The notes under the pieces were generated by a model. It was not told the origin of the DNA, made no database searches, and worked only from the letters and a program-made list of their open reading frames with translations. A program made the position numbers and the translations under genes. Shown piece after piece: positions 61,160 through 64,000 of a stretch of DNA of 64,000 nucleotides. How positions within the stretch are numbered: the first letter of the stretch is position 1; each line of letters begins with the position of its first letter. The stretch is taken from contig MQRK01193570.1 in the NCBI GenBank assembly GCA_001938485.1, forward strand, positions 1-64,000, given 5' to 3'. The DNA comes from Girardia tigrina. Its lineage: Eukaryota.

Positions 61160-64000
61160 TGGGATCGGATATATGACGTCCGTATGGATACATATCTTCA
61201 CCCTCTCGATGCGTCCTCGCCGCGATCCTGGATACCCAACTAAATTCAAGAGGGGGTGCTCTCAGCTAGGTCTAGCAATCCATGAGTAGGCACTTAATCA
61301 ATGATGTTACTAAACAAATAGACAGCACAAAGAATACTGGGATTGCTCGTAAAAGAATAGGATCTCAGTCTAAGTGGGGACCGGACTGGTATTCCCCTAG
61401 GCGGGACTGGTGGTTGGGTTTGAAGAAGGTTTGTACATGGAATGTTCGGGGGTTCGACGATCAGAAAGTCTTGAGTGTTACTGACGTTCTAGAAAAGCTA
61501 AATGTAGATGTAGCCATCCTGACGGAAACACAAAAATTGGACGTCGTGACTGAGAATTATGAAAAGTGGACCTTTTACAACACTGGGCCACAAATGGGAC
61601 CAATTAGGGAAAGAGGAGTTGGTTTATTAACCAGACTACCTAAAGGTGATATCGAGTTTGAGGCATTTTCGGATCGAATTTTCAGAGTGAACATCATTTC
61701 CTTCAGAATAATTATCGTAGGAATGTACTCTCCTACTGACTGTGGATACAGTGACAGCTAGAAAACCACATTCAATGACTCTCTAAACACCGTGGTTGGA
61801 AAAGCAGAGGCAGAAGCTAGGCACCCCGGGTGCATGTAGGTTGTGGTAGGAGACTTCAATTGTCACATACACTTTGACGGAGAAAACCAAGTACCCAGCG
61901 TCGGAAAGTATGCACACATGTCTGATAATGGGGAAAGGTTAGTATTACTAGCTGAAGAGAAAGGTATGAATGTAGTAAACTCCTTTTTTTGCCATAATGA
62001 GTTAAAAAGCACCAGCTGGATCCACCCGGCGACGAAGAGGAGGGAGCTATTGGATTTCTTTCTTGTGTGTTCAGAAAATATGAACATAATCAAAGATGTA
62101 CAATCTAAGCATCTTTATGACTGTGGATCCGATCACGATTGCGTAGTCTTATATATAAAAACAAAAAGATATAAGACAGCTAGTACGAAATGGAAGCCGA
62201 AAAAAGAATTGCCTAAAAGCATTCAGAGAGATCTTGTAACTCGTGACCGCGAATATTTGTCGTTCAAGCTTCAGCGAACTATTTGGGAAGCAGGACCAGG
62301 ATGGGAAAACACAGTGAAAGTTAATACAACACTACTGGACAAGTACCGGAAGGTCATAAGGACACGTCTAAAGGGAAACTGGTTACATAGTCACACAACT
62401 AAACTAAGTCATCTCATAAACGAAAAGAGTCACCACAGAAAGAAATGGATATTGCACCCTTCCATAGAAAATCTGCAGTGCTGGAGAACCGCAGGAAACA
62501 AGGTAACCTATTCCATTTGTAGATGGAAGCGAGAAAGATTGATCAATCTCAGTAATGAGATTGAACAAAGTTTAAATGTTGGAAACTTCAAGAAGAAAGG
62601 TGTGGCTTACCTAGAATTGCGTATGCTGGGGAATCCAGAAACGAAAATACATACGCTTTCTACGCCTGTGCCATCAGTCTCTAATAGTCAGACGGAAAGT
62701 CATTATCAGAAGTTCTTCGAAGCACACACACTTATTGAGTGCGTGGATATGATTCGATTCCCTGAGGAAATTTGTATCGGTATAGATCCACCAAACACAG
62801 AAGAGGTAATGGGAAGGCACCCGGCTCAAATGGGGTTATTGCGGATGTTTTAAAATGGGGCGGACAACCCCTCATTGACAAACTGAAGCTCGATTTTGAG
62901 ATGATTTGGAACGGGGATGATCATCAGTTCCCAAAGGCTTGGAGGAGTGCAAAAGGGGTAACACTCTTCAAGGGAAAGGATGCAAGGTCTGATCCGAATA
63001 ATTATAGAGGGATATTCCTCTTGTGGAAGTCACCGGCAAAGGTTTTGCACGAATAATTGTAAATAGAATGACGCCGGCGATGGAAGAAAGGTTAGACCCT
63101 TGACAGTTTGGTTTTCGACCGAAAAGAGGTACTATGCAACTATAAAGATACTCAGGCGGATACAGGAAGAAGGTCGATATAAGAACCAGAAGGTATTTGT
63201 GATATTCATCGATTTGGAAAAGGCATTTGATAGTGTCCCACCTGAAGTTCTGTGGACCTGCCTGAAAAGATTCGGCTTGAACGATAAAATTCTCTATCTG
63301 ATCAAGAAATTCCATCAGAGCTCTATTGTCTTTGTGGGGGATTGTGAGTTTCTCATGGAAAGATGTGTCAGACAGGGATGTGTGATGGACCTTGTCTTTT
63401 TAACTTGGACTTCAATGAAGTTATCAAAACGGTGATACTGAAAGGATTCGGGAGAGGAATTACATGAATCGACCATCATAATGACGAATTTCAAGTCAAT
63501 AGACTTGCTTATGTGGATTATCTATGTATTGACATTGATCGTGAGAGTAAAACCCTGGATAAACTTAGAAGTACATTTTCAGAATTCGGGTTGACTATTA
63601 GTGCATCTAAGACGACAGTCATGTGCCTAACTGATGACTCGGGGACTGAAATATCGCTAGTGATGTGTGGTGACAAAATCATAAAATGGGTGAGCGAGTT
63701 TTGTTACCTCGGTAGTATACGGACCGCATGTGGTAGCTGCAGTTGAGATATCGATCAGCAGTTGCGTTTTGGAATGATTAATTTACGATAATTGCAGCCT
63801 GCAATTCAAAGTAACAGAGTTCCTATAGCACTGATAAGAGCACTAAGCTAATCAAGCATTTTTCCAGCAGTGTATTATGGGAGTGAGTACTGGGCAACAC
63901 CTGAAAAAGAGGTAGCCCGGCTACAAAATTTTCATAATACCTGCACATGCACTGCTCTTGGTAAAACTAAACTTGACAGAATACGTAATACGGTTATGTC
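61160..64000 (+). mobile_element. RTE-like LINE (APE endonuclease and RT), inactive, runs off the window end
   Basis: TWNVRG, LTETQ, GVGLL, VGDFN, CGSDH, KAPGSNG, NYRGI, FIDLEKAFDSV, VRQGC, LAYVD, FCYLGS; several stops and frameshifts; 5' boundary approximate. Confidence 0.92.

Noticed and set aside
63630-63660. CTGATGA...GAAA inside the LINE
   Set aside because: Lies in the RT coding region with no proper stem II or cleavage triplet; chance match.

Overview
Very AT-rich, intron-containing animal genomic DNA, probably an invertebrate; the species cannot be fixed from the sequence. There are two N-gaps. Two host genes lie head-to-head about 515 bp apart. One is a minus-strand RADIL/RASIP1-like gene (RA, FHA, DIL domains and the start of a PDZ; 8 exons reconstructed with consistent GT-AG phases, 1049 codons, last exon not found). 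The other is a plus-strand 3-exon MED7 (274 aa). Nearly everything else recognisable is decayed mobile DNA: Tc1, mariner, DD41D, pogo/Tc2, hAT, piggyBac-like and MULE remnants, Gypsy pieces, Penelope-like pieces with minimal hammerhead ribozymes, an RTE-like LINE, and 7-8 solo-LTR-like inserts with 5-bp TSDs and non-canonical TG...TA ends. The standout is a 3.8-kb Polinton/Maverick (adintovirus-like) element at 56000-59805 with AGTAG-ended TIRs and a perfect 6-bp TSD. It keeps only the virion module (minor capsid, an intact protease-site-bearing core protein, major capsid, truncated adenain), has no polymerase, integrase or ATPase, and its arms carry an array of RFX X-box-like motifs. All family assignments come from motifs read by eye; no database search was run.
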